A stretch of DNA of 63,290 nucleotides, filler included, from Perkinsus olseni (taxonomy: Eukaryota), in the NCBI GenBank assembly GCA_013115125.1. It is 37 parts of 37 records of this genome, joined end to end, with 100 filler letters (N's around TTAATTAATTAA, not from the genome) between each part and the next. Parts side by side here need not be neighbours in the genome. Positions count along the whole stretch, not along the records: positions 61,719 to 63,290 come from JABANN010001834.1; 36 more parts are not named here. The stretch is one strand, 5' to 3'. The notes under the pieces are model-generated. The model saw nothing but the letters and a program-made list of their open reading frames with translations. It made no database searches and was not told the DNA's origin. Positions 61,719-63,290 of the stretch are shown piece by piece. The position numbers and the translations under genes are program-made. Numbering within the stretch: position 1 is the first letter of the stretch; each line of letters begins with the position of its first letter.

Positions 61719-63290
61719 ACGACCTGGTTATGGGAGGCGACGCGTCATTGGGTGGACGCCAGCAAGCACCCCACAGTGCCTTATTCGACTTTATCTGTCA
61801 GCCCATGAAGCAACTAGCATGTAATACCAGGCTTGGGCGGCTATCACTACTCAGGGACCTTCCTTCAGGCTGGCAACTGGTGGCGGGGTGCCTCTGGATG
61901 GCTGCTTGTGCCTACGTAAACTGTATCTCCCAGGTAGGTCCTGCCCCCACCGGGCCCGCCGTACATCCCCTCTCCTCAGATCTATTCGGACAAGTTTCAT
62001 AACGAGTACTATCATGGCCGGACACCGGAGCTGATACCGGACTTGGGCTTCTACCTCCTCCCACGTATTGAGATACCACACTTAGCAGACTACTGGAACG
62101 TCTTCATGGTCGTGGGCACTATGGTCCCGGTAGTAGCACTGGGCGGAAATGATGAAGTCGCCTCCAATTTGCGCCCCCCGACGGAAAACCAATTCCGTTA
62201 CAATGGATTCTGGATCTACACCTAGATCCAGTTGCAGGATCTACTGCGAGTCCTAGATTTAGGTTATTGAACATCCTCAAAGCCACTGGTGTGTAGCCCA
62301 CAACAGGGCGACTGTTGAAACTGTTACACATTCCCTCCTCAGGTTGTTTTATTCCACCCGAAGCGGCGGAAAGTGGTAATACCCTCCTCCCCTCAGCTCC
62401 CTGACGTCTTTGTTCCTAGATTCTGCGCTTTCTGGCGATCCAAGGCTCAGTATTCCTGCTGCGTAGCGCTACTATTATTGCAACATTATTGCCACAACCT
62501 GACCCGCTCTGCGTAAATGTCTCGAGCCCTGACGAGAATGTACGTCACCGAGAACTTCTAGTGTAGTCGTATCACAGTAACACGTGCCCTGTTAGGTTTT
62601 TATAGAGGCCGTCAAAATCGTTCTGGGCGCCCGCATCACTTGCGGAGACCTACTTTTTTCTGGTAATATCCGAAGTATCATCATATTCGTGACCCTCCTT
62701 CCCGTAGGTCATACAGCTAATTTAACTTTGATGGCCCTCATCTGGTCGGAATACGGTTACGGCTTCCTTGCAGTGGACGCGAGTACTGCACTGCCATTGA
62801 GTTTCGATCGGTCTTTCATATTCCGTGCTCAGCCACTCGAGGATACTCGGCCCTAGGGGGAAGAAACCGCGGACAAATTGGCGGTCGGCATCGAGGAGGC
62901 CCTGTTCTACATTTTGTGTTCCGTCGGCTGCTGCCTTTGTTATGGTGGGCAGCAGCAATCTCGGGGTAGGCCTTGCCGGTCTGGTCTGCCCCTCAGCCCC
63001 CTGCCTTGTAAGGTACTTCGTCATCGTAGCGACACGGTTCCACTACACAGTAGACGTTTTAGTAGCAATAATAATAGTGACCAAGCAGTGGGGGCTGTAC
63101 CACATGTAGGGCTAGGGGTGGTCGTATCGTGCCAAGACTCTCTCCCAGGTACATCCGGACGCCCCGGATTATGAGGCGGCTGGGCTTCTTGCGGTGGTAC
63201 GAGCAGAAGCAGGACCTAGCCTCGGCCTCTGCGAAGAAGTACGGAGTTTAGTAATGTTGTTTGGAAGTGATTTCCTTCATACAGGACGCC
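61719..63290 (+). CDS. Sphingomyelin/IPC synthase-family (PAP2-like) protein, multi-exon, partial
   Basis: Exons encode IPDLGFYLLP, FLLRSATIIATLLPQPD, TCGDLLFSG|HT (split by an intron) and RFHYTVDVLVA, the conserved SMS-family motifs. Confidence 0.88.

Larger units (their letters stand above)
1..63290. other. Artificial concatenation of 37 length-sorted contigs joined by 36 synthetic 100-bp linkers (first 1649-1748, last 61619-61718)
   Basis: Identical 44N+TTAATTAATTAA+44N spacers (stops in all six frames). Segment lengths never increase, running from 1648 down to 1572 bp. Confidence 0.98.

Overview
This window is not one locus. It is an artificial pseudo-scaffold of 37 unrelated contigs, sorted by length from 1648 down to 1572 bp and joined by 100-bp N44-TTAATTAATTAA-N44 linkers, so adjacency across linkers has no meaning. 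The DNA is eukaryotic and most likely from Perkinsus (Alveolata): it holds the exact 22-nt Perkinsus/dinoflagellate-type spliced leader (SL) and genes with short GT-AG introns. Most contigs are mobile DNA: Gypsy-type pol/integrase and gag fragments, a BEL/Pao-like RT and RNaseH-integrase, two MULE transposases plus a fragment, a hAT transposase N-terminus, a DUF6729-family putative transposase, and transposon termini. Host features are tRNA-Gly(GCC), tRNA-Glu(TTC), an SL RNA gene, VPS2/CHMP2, IGHMBP2 5' exons, a sphingomyelin/IPC synthase-family gene and a mucin-like protein. The strongest unexplained signal is a stereotyped 22-nt double-palindrome scar with at least 7 perfect copies on 6 contigs. 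It matches a hairpin-type excision footprint of an 8-bp target duplication, and one copy frameshifts an integrase. Also notable are a probable retroposed SL-bearing mRNA and a BEL/Pao-like lineage in a non-metazoan.
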